Below, in pieces: positions 19,335-31,146 of a stretch of DNA of 64,000 bases. A model generated the notes under the pieces. It did not search any database. It was not told the DNA's origin and saw nothing but the letters and a program-made list of their open reading frames with translations. Within the stretch, counting starts at the first letter, position 1; every line of letters starts with the position of its first letter. A program made the translations under genes and the position numbers. Source of the stretch: an uncultured delta proteobacterium (GTDB lineage Bacteria; Myxococcota_A; Polyangia; Polyangiales; Polyangiaceae); NCBI GenBank assembly GCA_963841435.1, contig CAWJCS010000005.1, forward strand, positions 1,216,001-1,280,000, written 5' to 3'.

Positions 19335-20747
19335 TCACGAAACTCCGAACACGCTGCGCGCGTCCGCGATGCTGCCCTCGATCGCCGCGGCGGCGACCAT
19401 CACCGGGCTCATCAGCACGGTGCGACCCGTGGGGCTGCCCTGGCGCCCCTTGAAATTGCGGTTCGACGACGACGCGCAGAGCTCGCGCCCAATGAGCTTG
19501 TCGGGATTCATCGCGAGGCACATCGAGCAGCCCGGCTTTCGCCATTCCCAGCCGGCGTCGCGGAAAACGGCGTCGAGCCCCTCGGCTTCGGCGGCGCGCG
19601 CCACCTCCATCGAGCCCGGCACGGCGAGCGCCCGCACGCCCGGGGCCACTTTCTTGCCGCGGATGAGCCGCGCGACCTCGCGAAAATCCGAGAGCCGCCC
19701 GTTCGTGCAGCTGCCGATGAACGCGACGTTCACGGGCACGCCCTGGATCGGCTTGCCCGCCTCGAGCTGCATGTACTCGAGCGCCTCCTTGATCGAATCG
19801 CGCTCGGCCTGCGTCTTGCCGTCCTCGGTGCGCGGTACGTTCTCGACGATGCTCACGGCTTGCCCCGGGTTGATCCCCCAGGTCACGGTCGGCGCGATGT
19901 CCCCCGCGTCGAAGCGAACCACGTCGTCGTACGTCGCGTCGGCATCCGAAGCGACCGACTTCCAGAACTCGACCGCGCGCTCCCACGCATCGCCCTTCGG
20001 CGCGAGCTCGCGCCCCTTCAGGTACTCGAACGTCGTCTCGTCCGGATTCACGTAGCCGACGCGTGCACCGCCCTCGATCGACATGTTGCAGAGCGTCATG
20101 CGCTGCTCCATGCCGAGCGCCTCGATCGCCGGCCCCGCGTACTCGTACGCGTAGCCCGTGCCGCCGTTCACGCCGAGTCGGCGGATCACGTGCAAAATGA
20201 TGTCCTTCGCGTACACGCCCGGACCGAGCTTGCCGCTCACCTCGATGCGACGCACCTTGAGTGGCGCGAGGCTCAACGTCTGCGTCGCGAGCACGTCACG
20301 GACCTGCGTCGTGCCGATACCGAACGCGATCGCACCAAAGGCGCCGTGCGTCGACGTGTGCGAATCGCCGCACGCAATGGTCATGCCCGGCTGCGTGAGC
20401 CCGAGCTCGGGACCGATCACGTGCACGATGCCCTGATGACCCGAGTTCATGCCGAAGTAGCGAATGCCGTGCTCCTCGCACGCCTTCTCGAGTGCGACGA
20501 TGAGCCCCTCGGCGAGACTGTCGCGAAACGGCCTGAGCCGCGTATCGGTCGGCACGATGTGGTCGACCGTCGCGAAGCTGCGATCGGGCCGCGCCACGCC
20601 GAGCCCGAGGTCCTTCAGCATCCCGAACGCCTGCGGGCTCGTCACCTCGTGCAACAGGTGCAACCCGATGAAAATCTGCGACGCGCCCGACGGCAAATCG
20701 CGAACCCGGTGTCGCTCCCACACCTTCTGGAAGAGGTTCTTTCCCAT
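19335..20747 (-). CDS. leuC: 3-isopropylmalate dehydratase large subunit
   Basis: [54 protein letters not shown]. Confidence 0.97.
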   Translation of the reverse strand: MGKNLFQKVWERHRVRDLPSGASQIFIGLHLLHEVTSPQAFGMLKDLGLGVARPDRSFATVDHIVPTDTRLRPFRDSLAEGLIVALEKACEEHGIRYFGMNSGHQGIVHVIGPELGLTQPGMTIACGDSHTSTHGAFGAIAFGIGTTQVRDVLATQTLSLAPLKVRRIEVSGKLGPGVYAKDIILHVIRRLGVNGGTGYAYEYAGPAIEALGMEQRMTLCNMSIEGGARVGYVNPDETTFEYLKGRELAPKGDAWERAVEFWKSVASDADATYDDVVRFDAGDIAPTVTWGINPGQAVSIVENVPRTEDGKTQAERDSIKEALEYMQLEAGKPIQGVPVNVAFIGSCTNGRLSDFREVARLIRGKKVAPGVRALAVPGSMEVARAAEAEGLDAVFRDAGWEWRKPGCSMCLAMNPDKLIGRELCASSSNRNFKGRQGSPTGRTVLMSPVMVAAAAIEGSIADARSVFGVS

Positions 20748-20768
20748 GCGCTGAGCCTGACCCCCGAC

Positions 20769-20824
20769 AATACTTTAGTCTAGTGAAACTTTCTGCACTC
20801 ATACAGTAGTAATACTAAATCTAA
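20769..20824 (-). promoter_or_regulatory. AT-rich putative leuCD promoter/operator
   Basis: AT-rich island just upstream of the leuC start; palindrome TAGT-AAT-ACTA (20807-20817); direct repeat AATACT...TCTA at 20769 and 20811. Confidence 0.45.
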
Positions 20825-21123
20825 CCGACCGCACTGCCGAACCAGTGCGCGGCCGAAGTCTCGTGGAAGCTGCCCCCGCACCGTCCGCAACGTTCGGCCC
20901 GCGTCCTCGGCAAAGCCTCCGGGCGCGGGCGCCCGCCAAGCGCCCGCTTCGCGGTCGCGGGGGCGCCAACACACCGCTGCTCCCCGTTCGTCGCCACTGC
21001 TGACCACGAGCACGCGACATCGCACGCCCGTCGTCGCAAACCGTACGGCGGCGACGTGCCAACCAAGCGGCACAGGACCCTCAGCTCTTCACCGGCGCTC
21101 GGCAGAACCCATTGGCCCGCAGG

Positions 21124-21228
21124 GCACGACTTCGCGCCGCACGACTTCGCGCCGCACGACTTCGCGCCGCACGACTTCGCGCCGCACGACCTCGCGCCGC
21201 ACGACCTCGCGCCGCACGACTTTGCGCG
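21124..21228. repeat. 15-bp tandem repeat x7
   Basis: GCACGAC(T/C)TCGCGCC x6 plus one degenerate copy. Confidence 0.92.
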
Positions 21229-21240
21229 GCGCGACCACCC

Positions 21241-21327
21241 CGCCCGCTGCCGCCGCACCGCGCGACGCACCCGCTCCGCCCGCCGCCGCCCGCTGCCGCC
21301 GCACCGCGCGACGCACCCGCTCCGCCC
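21241..21327. repeat. 41-bp direct duplication (period 46)
   Basis: CGCCCGCTGCCGCCGCACCGCGCGACGCACCCGCTCCGCCC at 21241 and 21287. Confidence 0.85.
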
Positions 21328-21417
21328 ACCGCCGCCCGCGGCCGCCGCGACGCTCGACCCGTCGCCGCCCGCCGCCGCCTGGTGCGCCCGAGCGACGCCG
21401 GTTGGCGCGGGGGCGGA

Positions 21418-23397
21418 TCAGCGGACGCAGACGCTGCGGCCCACGTCGAGGCCGTGGAGGCCGAGGCTGAAGGACGAGCCCTCTTTCTGGCGCTCCGCGT
21501 GGAAGACGGCGAGCTGGTACACGTTGCCGAGGGTCATGTCGTAGTCGGACGCATGAAGTGTCGTCGTGACGGGCGTCGAGCCCGTGGTCGTCAGCGTCGC
21601 GGAGGAAATGATGGTTTCGTCGGTGTCGGCCAAGAGCGAGAGCGTTCCGCTCAGGGGCACGTGCCAGCCGCCGAGATCGACCGCGAGGTGCCCGTTCAAG
21701 AACACCCAGACGTCGTCGTCGCCCGTGAAGTCGAGACGCACGGAGCTCTGGTTGTCGTAGCGGAACCACAGCTTCACCTCGGTCGTGAAGTGGAAGTTGT
21801 GAGTGGGGGATGGGAACGGCGCCGTCGCCGTGGGGATCGGCGTCGTCACGCCGAGAGTGGTCGCGACGGTGGTTTCCCAGGGCCAGCCCGCCCAACCGTA
21901 CTCCTCGGGTACCTTGCCCTGGTAGCGGGTCTCCGTCAGTATGCCGGGCGCGGAGTCGAGGGGGAAAAATAAGGGGTTCCCGTCGTAAACGGGTTGGTTG
22001 ACGAGCGCGCAGCAGCTGTAGGTAGAGCCGAAGTACGAGCACGGATCGACACAGCTCTCGCCGGGGCCGGGTGTGCAATAGGGGCAACCCGTTCCGGCCT
22101 GCCCGCCGTACTGAGCATGCAGGTACGTCGTCATGCCAGCCCACTGCTCGCCGCTCGCGCCCCAGCGGTTGACGTAGCCTCCCCCGCCGTCGTCGAAGAG
22201 CACGATCTCACCGGGCACCGTCGCGTTGACGCCGGGCGTATCGCGGTACCACTGCGCGAACGCGGCGGCGCCGTGCATGAAGCCGTTGGTCGTGCTCGCC
22301 GTGCTCGATTGCATCGGCTTGCCCTCGGAGTCGAGCAGCGGCTCGACGAGCCCCTGCGCGGCGCCGTTGCTGTTGAAGCTTGGCCCGAAGTCGGGGTGAC
22401 CCCCCGCAACCGTCGAGGCGTTGAAGTCGCGGAACACCGCGGGCACCCGCAAGGCACATTGCCCGGCGACGCGATCGCAGCTCGCCGCGCTGCACGTGAA
22501 GCCTGCCTCGACGGTGCACGTAGACGAGCAGCCGTCGTCGTCCGTCGTGTTGCCGTCGTCACACGCCTCGCCATCGACGACGATGCCGTCTCCGCATACG
22601 CTCTGGCAACCGAGCGCGGGGTCGCATTGCGGCTCCACGCGACAGATCGGCGAGCAACCGTCGAACGCGAGCACGTTGCCGTCGTCGCAGCCTTCGCCGG
22701 CTTCCTTCACGCCGTTGCCGCACGTCGTGGGCGCGCACACGCTCGGCGAGCCGGTACACTTGAAGGTCTCCTCGACGAGGCAGTCGGGCCCACATCCGTC
22801 GTACGGGGAGTTGTTTCCGTCGTCACACGCTTCCCCCGACTCGACGTTGCCGTTGCCGCACACGGCGCCCTCGGTGCACGGCCTGCCCGGCACGGGGCAC
22901 GAATGGCCGGGCTCGGTGGCGCACGTCGCGCTGCAGCCGTCGCCGCTCACGGCGTTGCCGTCGTCGCACGTTTCGTCGCCCGTGAGGAGCCCGTCGCCAC
23001 AGGACGGCGCGCACGTCACGTCCGTGCATTCGGGCTCGTTCTGGCAGGTCCGGGAACAGCCGTCGCCGCTCGTGAGGTTGCCGTCGTCACATTGTTCGTC
23101 GGGATCGCGCACGCCGTCGCCACAGCCGGGCGGGGCCCCGGCCGCGCCGGACTCGCCGCTCACGCCGGCCGAGCTGCTGCCGCCGCTGCCCTTACCGCCC
23201 GACGCTCCACCCCCCTGGCCGCCCGGGCCGCCGGTGCCGCCGACCGACGGCGCTCCGGCCTGGCCCCCCTCAGCGTCGTCGTCGTCGTCCGCAGCGCGCC
23301 TGCCGGAGCACTGCGACAGCGCACCCAGACACAGCATGAAGAGCGCCGCGCGCACCGTTCGTCGCGCGCGCCGAGAAGCAAACGAAGCCCACACCAT
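21418..23397 (-). CDS. Fibro-slime (PA14-like) domain lipoprotein with five Myxococcus Cys-rich repeats
   Basis: CG[DN]G...CDDGN...DGC...C x5; FRDF...HPDF; FAQWYRD; HNFHFTTE; FTGDDDVWVFLNG; FHAER. Confidence 0.88.
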   Translation of the reverse strand: MVWASFASRRARRTVRAALFMLCLGALSQCSGRRAADDDDDAEGGQAGAPSVGGTGGPGGQGGGASGGKGSGGSSSAGVSGESGAAGAPPGCGDGVRDPDEQCDDGNLTSGDGCSRTCQNEPECTDVTCAPSCGDGLLTGDETCDDGNAVSGDGCSATCATEPGHSCPVPGRPCTEGAVCGNGNVESGEACDDGNNSPYDGCGPDCLVEETFKCTGSPSVCAPTTCGNGVKEAGEGCDDGNVLAFDGCSPICRVEPQCDPALGCQSVCGDGIVVDGEACDDGNTTDDDGCSSTCTVEAGFTCSAASCDRVAGQCALRVPAVFRDFNASTVAGGHPDFGPSFNSNGAAQGLVEPLLDSEGKPMQSSTASTTNGFMHGAAAFAQWYRDTPGVNATVPGEIVLFDDGGGGYVNRWGASGEQWAGMTTYLHAQYGGQAGTGCPYCTPGPGESCVDPCSYFGSTYSCCALVNQPVYDGNPLFFPLDSAPGILTETRYQGKVPEEYGWAGWPWETTVATTLGVTTPIPTATAPFPSPTHNFHFTTEVKLWFRYDNQSSVRLDFTGDDDVWVFLNGHLAVDLGGWHVPLSGTLSLLADTDETIISSATLTTTGSTPVTTTLHASDYDMTLGNVYQLAVFHAERQKEGSSFSLGLHGLDVGRSVCVR

Positions 23398-23568
23398 GAC
23401 ACGATGTTTTTCCGCCTGTTCGACCCGAGGTCAAGCAACACTCCGCGCTTACCTCGCCCTACCTTGGAGCCTCGAGTCCTCGCCAGCTCTCCCGCACGTC
23501 GATCCTCGTGCGCCGACGGCGACGACACGCGCCCGAGGACTTGGCGCGGCATCGAGGCGTCGCGACGC

Positions 23569-24784
23569 TCAGCCGAGCATCTCTGCGAGGTTACGGGCGA
23601 GCCGCAAATACACCTCGGCACCGAGCCGCGCGTCGAAGCTGCACACCTCGCGGAAGTCGTCCTGGCGGATCCTGAGCGCACGAAGCGGCTCGGTGGCGCG
23701 GCAAGGCTGCTGGCTCTTGCCGCCCCCAGCGAGGGACTCGGGATAGAGGACGGACGACGAGCTCATCGTCCAGCCCTGCGGCGTCACGGCCGTGCCGTGC
23801 ATGATGACGTAAGCGACGCGGTCACCCGCGTCGAAACGCGGAATGCGCTGCTCCGCCTCGAAGCTCACCTCGACGGCGGCCGCGCGAGCCTTCTGCACCA
23901 GGTCGCGCGAAAGCCCGCGGAACAGCGGACAGTGCTCGAGGTAGGCGAGGTCACGCGAGGAGAGCGTGGGCTCGCGGTCGTCGCGCGAGACATTCGACTG
24001 GCCGATTTCGATGACCACGGCCGTGGCGTTGTCGGTGGCGCCCTTGGTGAGGGCTTCGTTCACGAGGCTGACGGCAGCTTCCTGCGGGTGCCCGCGGCGG
24101 CTCAAGAGGCCCACCTGGGCTTCGTCGTTGATGGGCTCGTAGGCGCCGTCGCTCAGAATGACGAGGCGATCGCCGGTCGCCACCTCCGCGACCATCTGAT
24201 CGACCTTGACGGTCTCGCCGCCGCCGAGCGAGTTGGTGAGCGCGTTCGGCCCCTCCTGCCCCATGTTCGGCGTCTTGACGCCCGCCGAGACCAGCGAGCC
24301 GTGGAGCGTGTGATCGGTCGTGACCTGGATGGTCGTGGTCGGCCGCGAGAGGTAAGTCCGGGCGTCTCCGACGTGCGCGATGAACGCGTGCGAGCGCAAG
24401 AGCAACACCACCTCCAGCGTGCACCCCATGCCGCGCACGCCGACGCCGCGAGCGGACGCGGCGCGCAGGGCCTCGTGGGCTCGCTGCACGACGCCGAGCA
24501 GCGTCTGGGCCACGTCTTGCCGCGCGGCGAGAGTCGGCATGCGCACGAACGCATCGAAGGCGGTGCCCCAGCCGGGGTTCGAAAGCATGCCGAGCGTTGC
24601 GTCAACCGCCATGCGCGCTGCAACGCCACCGCCGGAGCGGCGCCCCACGCCGTCGGCGACGACGAACAGGCCGAGTGCGTGATCGGCGCCCCAGAACGTC
24701 CTCGTTCTGCTCGCGCTTGGAGCCGATGTGCGATGCACCGCCGTAGGTCGTCAAGAAGTCGAAACGCGACAGTGTCCAGTACAC
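23569..24784 (-). CDS. PP2C-family Ser/Thr phosphatase with a C-terminal cNMP-binding-like domain; frameshift at ~24697
   Basis: SHIGSKREQNED lies in one frame and LFVVADGVG, GMGCT, AHVGDAR, TTDHT, LSDG, DNATAVV in another; C-terminal PLFRGLS...AYVIMHG. Confidence 0.8.
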
Positions 24785-24942
24785 CGAGACCTCGGATCAG
24801 AGCTTAGCAGGTCGCCGGGCGACAACGTCGCGGTCAATTCGCGAAGCACGCCGCTCCAGCGCGTCGGTGGAACGGCGTCGCATCGTGACGAGCGCGGCTC
24901 GCTCCGGAGGTCGCCACAATCTCCACTCCTCGTCGAACAACG

Positions 24943-27168
24943 TCATGTCTTCTCACAGGCAAAAAGCGTCGCTGAAAGCGCTGGAATCGGCGCGCTCAAC
25001 ATGCCGCCCGTGATCTGCACGGCGGGCAACGCTCGGATCTCGGGGGAGCTCGCGTCGAAACGGTAGGCCTCTGCGCTCGTGCAGGCCGCTTTGCCGGCCG
25101 AGAGCTTGATGGCTGCCTGGTAGTTGTGGCGCTGGTCCTTGTTGATGACGACGATCGTGAGGCGTCCCGGTCGCTTGGTGTCCGTCGCCGCGTAGACGGA
25201 CGCCTTCTCGATGTCACCCTGGGCGAACACGGCGGTGTCGCCGAAGCTTCCGCCCTTACCGTCGTAGTTGCGATAGAGCGCAAACGCTGCCTCGATGTAC
25301 TTCGGCAGGGGACCCACGCCGGCCCCGTTGCCCCAGTAATCGCCCAGGTAGAGGCCCTCCCTGCCGAAGATCCCGAGCACGTCCGCCTGCGCGAGGCCGC
25401 CCGACACGTGATCACCAGTACCGTAGTTGTACTCCGTCAGCGAAATCTTCGTACCGGGGTAGTGCTTTTCGACGAGCTCCTCGAGCCAGGGAATCAGCCG
25501 AATCGGCTTCTGCCACTGATCGACAATCCAGCTCTTTTCCCGGAACGTCGGATCCCAGAGGCTGCGCGGCGCCGCCAGGCGCGCGTCGATCGTCTTGTGC
25601 GACACGTCGTCTTCGGTGATGCGCTTTTGGCCGCGCACTTCCGGGTACCAGTGCACGTCGAGCACGTGCACGAGGCGGCGATGGTATTTCTGCTCGAGCT
25701 TCTTCGCCGTCTCGAGGAAGTACGCGAGGTAGGTCTCGTACTGCTTGTCCTCGTCGGGCGCGCTGGTGAGCGACATGAACTCGCTCCAGCCGAAGGCGAC
25801 CGCGCCGAGCACTTCGGCGCTCGGATCGATTTCGGTGATCATCGAAGCCGTCGCTTCCGTCCGCTCGGCCATCTCCTTGTACGTCGTGTGCTCCGGGTGC
25901 ACGCGCGGGTGGGTCAACGGCCAGAGCGCCGGCTCGTTGTCGAGCGAGTAGAAGCGCACGCCCCCCTTCTTTGCCGGCCCGAAGCGCTTGACGAGCGTGC
26001 GCACGAATTCGTCTTGGAAAACCTTGCCGTCGGTGAGGTCGGGCTTGTCGGACGGCCCCGCCGGGTTCTTGGCGAACGAGCGAACCCAGCGCTTGCTCGG
26101 CGCCTTGTCCGCCTCCTTCACGCTGCCGCGCTTGTCGGCCGACGCGTAGTCAACCATCGGAATGGTGACGAGCGAAGCTTCGCCGCGCTGCTGATTCTCC
26201 GCCACGAAGTCGATGAACTGCGCGCCGGGCACGTCGCAGTCCTTGTAGCCGAGATTCGTACAGGGCCAGTCGTCGCTCGAATGCTGGTAGTCATTCCCGG
26301 CGTTGGAGGCGTTGAGCTCCCAGTTGTAGGCTGTCTGGCGATTGCCACCCATGCGGCGCACGCTGGGCCGCGCGTCCCCCGACTGCTGCGAGTTGATGCC
26401 GTAGACGAAGGGGCTGATGGGACCCACCACGCGCTCCGGCGCGACCTCGAACGCGAGCACGCCGCCTTCGGTCACCGCGAGGGGCGGCTCGGCCTTGGGT
26501 GGGCGTGGACGATCGCGACCCTGGGTCGTCGGCAGCACGGCGAGCGCCACCTGCTTGCCGAAGCTTTCGACCTTGAGCCCACCGATTTGCAGCGTCTCCG
26601 GGTCGTAGCCGAGGCGGAAGATCATGTTCGCCTCGCCGGGTCCGTAGCTCTGACCGGCGATGAAGCGGACGTACACCTTGCGCCACTCTGACGTCGCCGC
26701 GAGCGAATGCATCACGCTCTTCGTGTAGGGCGCGACGCCCTTCTCGAACACGAACTGGGTCTCTGCCGTGCCGTCCTCGCGCGGTCCTGTGGCACGCACG
26801 AAGAACGACGCGAACAGCACGTCGCCCTTTTCGACGGGCGCGGCGTTGGGGGCGACGAGCTGGACGGTCCACTCGGAATTCGACGCCTCCTTCACCTGGG
26901 CCTCGACGGCCTCGGAAAATGGCTGTCCCTCGACGGGCACCTTCTTGATGGCCACCTTCGTCGCATCGCCTGCCACGGTGAACGCATCGAGGCCGGCCGT
27001 GCCGAGCAATGACGTGCTCGGCGGGAGATCGGCGGGCAGCTCGGGAGTCGGCGCCTGATCCGGGCTGCGCGCGCCTGCCTCGGCACCGGTGGTGACCGGT
27101 GCGGGCTTTCGCACGATGCAGCTCGAGAGGGCGAGACCGAGGAGAAGTGTGGCTCGGCGCGGCGACAT
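24943..27168 (-). CDS. GH44 endoglucanase/xyloglucanase lipoprotein with an N-terminal CBM-like domain
   Basis: Lipobox LSSC; ISPFVYGIN, RMGGNRQTAYNWELNASNAG, LDNEPALW, LDVHWYPE, TEYNYG. Confidence 0.88.
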   Translation of the reverse strand: MSPRRATLLLGLALSSCIVRKPAPVTTGAEAGARSPDQAPTPELPADLPPSTSLLGTAGLDAFTVAGDATKVAIKKVPVEGQPFSEAVEAQVKEASNSEWTVQLVAPNAAPVEKGDVLFASFFVRATGPREDGTAETQFVFEKGVAPYTKSVMHSLAATSEWRKVYVRFIAGQSYGPGEANMIFRLGYDPETLQIGGLKVESFGKQVALAVLPTTQGRDRPRPPKAEPPLAVTEGGVLAFEVAPERVVGPISPFVYGINSQQSGDARPSVRRMGGNRQTAYNWELNASNAGNDYQHSSDDWPCTNLGYKDCDVPGAQFIDFVAENQQRGEASLVTIPMVDYASADKRGSVKEADKAPSKRWVRSFAKNPAGPSDKPDLTDGKVFQDEFVRTLVKRFGPAKKGGVRFYSLDNEPALWPLTHPRVHPEHTTYKEMAERTEATASMITEIDPSAEVLGAVAFGWSEFMSLTSAPDEDKQYETYLAYFLETAKKLEQKYHRRLVHVLDVHWYPEVRGQKRITEDDVSHKTIDARLAAPRSLWDPTFREKSWIVDQWQKPIRLIPWLEELVEKHYPGTKISLTEYNYGTGDHVSGGLAQADVLGIFGREGLYLGDYWGNGAGVGPLPKYIEAAFALYRNYDGKGGSFGDTAVFAQGDIEKASVYAATDTKRPGRLTIVVINKDQRHNYQAAIKLSAGKAACTSAEAYRFDASSPEIRALPAVQITGGMLSAPIPALSATLFACEKT

Positions 27169-27286
27169 GGCGGCCGAGCCTACCTCGCTCGGCGGCGCAT
27201 GCCAGGGGCTCCGGCCGGAGCGCGGCGCTTCGCTCTTCGGGGAGCGCACCGGCGCTGACGCCACGGGGTCGTGGTATCGAGGGCGC

Positions 27287-28150
27287 ATGCGCGTCCTAGC
27301 TTCCGCTCCGCTCACTCTGGCCATCGCGCTCGGCTGCGCACCGGCACCCGCCCCGAGCGCGCCATCCCCGCCTCCACCGGCTGCCGCAGCGAGCCCCGCC
27401 TCGGCGCCGCCGCCCGCATCCGCCGACCCGATGGCGGCACCCACCTCGCCCGCGGCAGCGGCACCCGCCTCGCCCATCGACGCTGCGGTCAACGCCGCCG
27501 ATCGGTCGCCCGAGGATCGCGCGCTCGACGAGGGCCGCAAGCCGAAGGAGCTGCTCGCCTTCTGCGGCATCACGCCCGGCATGAAGGTCGCCGAGCTCGG
27601 CGCGGGAGGCGGCTACACGACGGAGCTGCTCGCGCGCACGGTGGGGCCGAGCGGTCACGTGTGGGGCCAGAACTCGAAGTTCTTGCTGGAGCGATTTGCG
27701 GAGGGGCCCTGGTCGGCGCGCCTCGCAAAGCCCGTGCTCGGCAACGTCACGCGGAGCGACCGCGACTTCGACGATCCGCTGCCCGCCGACGTCAAGGAGC
27801 TCGACGCCGTTCTGATCGTGCTCTTTTACCACGACACCGTGTGGCAGAAGGTTGACCGCGCGCGCATGAATAGAAGCGTGTTCGCGGCGCTGAAGCCCGG
27901 CGGCAGCTACTGCATAGTAGACCACAGCGCGCGCGCGGGCAGCGGGGCCGGCGACGCCCAGACGCTCCACCGAATCGACGAGGCGCTCGTGAAGCGCGAG
28001 GTGACGAAGGCGGGCTTCGTGCTCGGCGCGGAGAGCCCGTTTCTGGCTAACCCCGCCGATGCGCGCGACTGGAACGCGTCACCGCGCGCGGCCGGGGAGC
28101 GCCGCGGCACGAGCGACCGTTTCGCGCTGCGCTTCCAAAAACCCAAGTGA
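27287..28150 (+). CDS. Class I SAM-dependent methyltransferase with a lipoprotein signal
   Basis: Lipobox ALGC, Pro/Ala linker, RKPKELLAF, VAELGAGGGYTT, YHD, LKPGG, LHRID, SDRFALRF. Confidence 0.82.
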   Translation: MRVLASAPLTLAIALGCAPAPAPSAPSPPPPAAAASPASAPPPASADPMAAPTSPAAAAPASPIDAAVNAADRSPEDRALDEGRKPKELLAFCGITPGMKVAELGAGGGYTTELLARTVGPSGHVWGQNSKFLLERFAEGPWSARLAKPVLGNVTRSDRDFDDPLPADVKELDAVLIVLFYHDTVWQKVDRARMNRSVFAALKPGGSYCIVDHSARAGSGAGDAQTLHRIDEALVKREVTKAGFVLGAESPFLANPADARDWNASPRAAGERRGTSDRFALRFQKPK

Positions 28151-28214
28151 CACCTCGCGGCATCCTCGCCCGAGCAGACGCCACGTTGCGACGCCACGCG
28201 ACGCCCAGAACTCG

Positions 28215-29584
<1,370 letters not shown>

Positions 29585-29588
<4 letters not shown>

Positions 29589-31039
29589 GCGGCCACCTGG
29601 AGGAACACCGAGAACGTGCTGCCGCTGCCCGGCTCGCTCGTGACGCTGATGAACCCACCGTGCTCTTCGATGATGCCGTGCACGACGCTGAGGCCGAGGC
29701 CCGTCCCCTGACCGATGTCCTTGGTCGTGAAAAATGGCTCGAAGATGCGCCCTTTGGTGGCAGCATCCATGCCTTGGCCGTCGTCGCTGACGCGCAGGTA
29801 GGCGCGCTCCCCACCCGGCGCGCGCCGGCTCACGCCGTCGGGCACGGGCTCGAAGCCGTACGAGATGGTGACGTGGCCACCCTCGTTGCAAGCCTGGATG
29901 GCGTTGACGACGAGATTCGACGCGACCTGCTCCAGCTGCATCGGGTCGCCCATTGCTAGCACGCTCGCGTCGGAAGTGACACTCAGGCTCACGTCACGCT
30001 TCTTCGCCATCGGCTCGAGCAGCTTCACGATCGAGCGCGAGACTCGCCCGAGGTTGACCGCGGCGATCTTCGGCTCGCGTGGACGAGCAAAGTCCATCAA
30101 TTGCCGGATGATCGTCGCGATGCGCTCCGCCTGCTCGGCGACGACGCTCAGGTACTCGGCGTGTGTCGTGCCCTCGGGGACGGTGCGGCGGATCATTTTG
30201 ACACGCCCGACGATCACGTTGAGCGGCGTCCCGAGCTCGTGTGCGACGCCCGCGGCGAGCCGGCCCACGGTGATGAGCCGGTCGGCGTGCCGGAGCTGCT
30301 CGAGCGTCTCGATGCGGGCGAGCGTCTCCTCGTGCATCTGCTTTTTGGCCTGCGCAAGCCGCTCGCACATGGCGTTGACCTCGCGCGCGAGCTCCCCCAC
30401 CTCGTCGTTCTGGTCGAGCGAAAGCGGGCCCTCGAGGTCGCCCTGACCAACGCGCTTGGCCTTGAGCGAAAGCTCGCGCAGGGGCCGACCCACGAGCCAC
30501 ACGCCGACGACCGACACGCACACCCCCGAGATCACGATCATCGCGAGCGTCGCGATGATGCTGTTGACGATGCTGTTTCGGACGTAGACATCGCGCGAAT
30601 CGAGGCTCTCGGCGATCTCGATGACCCCGAGCAGGCGCACGCCTTCACGCACGGGGACCCGCGTGACGAGGTATTGCCGGTCGGGCGCCGCAGGATCGTT
30701 CAGGACGGCGTGATCGACGGCACCCAGCGTTGCGAGCCGCGGTTGCTCGAAGATCGGCAGGCGACCCGAGGCGGAACCGTCGCGGGAGAGCCACTCGATG
30801 CGCAGGCTCGGCCGTTGCTCGTCCGCGCGACGAATGAGCTCGAGCACCTGGTCGGGCCCGAGCGACGACCAGGTGCTCGCCACGGCGACTCCGAGTGTGG
30901 CGCCGATCAAGCGGTGATCTTTGCGCATGTCGGAGTCGAACAGCTCGATCTCACGCTGGACGCGCACCCAGCCGAAGGCAACGACGACCGCGAGCGTGCC
31001 GAGGATGCTGGCGAGCACGACCTTGAACGCGAGCTTCAT
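29585..31039 (-). CDS. Membrane sensor histidine kinase (HAMP-HisKA-HATPase)
   Basis: Two TMs, HAMP, AHELGTPL, NLVVNA, DDGQG, FEPFFTTK, GTGLGL. Confidence 0.92.
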
Positions 31040-31146
31040 CTGACCGCCTGGAGGCTGGGGAGCACCGCCGGCCGGCGCACCATTCCCGCTCGCGAGCTTA
31101 ACACGCCTGCCCAAGCCCCCGCCGACCAATGCTAAAGGCCTCGCCC

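Noticed and set aside
20821-21544. Pentapeptide-repeat proteins (HDFAP / KSCGA)
   Set aside because: All frames are open simply because the unit is 15 bp and GC-rich; no RBS or folded domain supports a gene.
21994-24807. 937-aa plus-strand ORF and many similar long shadow ORFs
   Set aside because: They are antisense or off-frame to motif-supported genes, as expected from stop-codon scarcity at high GC.
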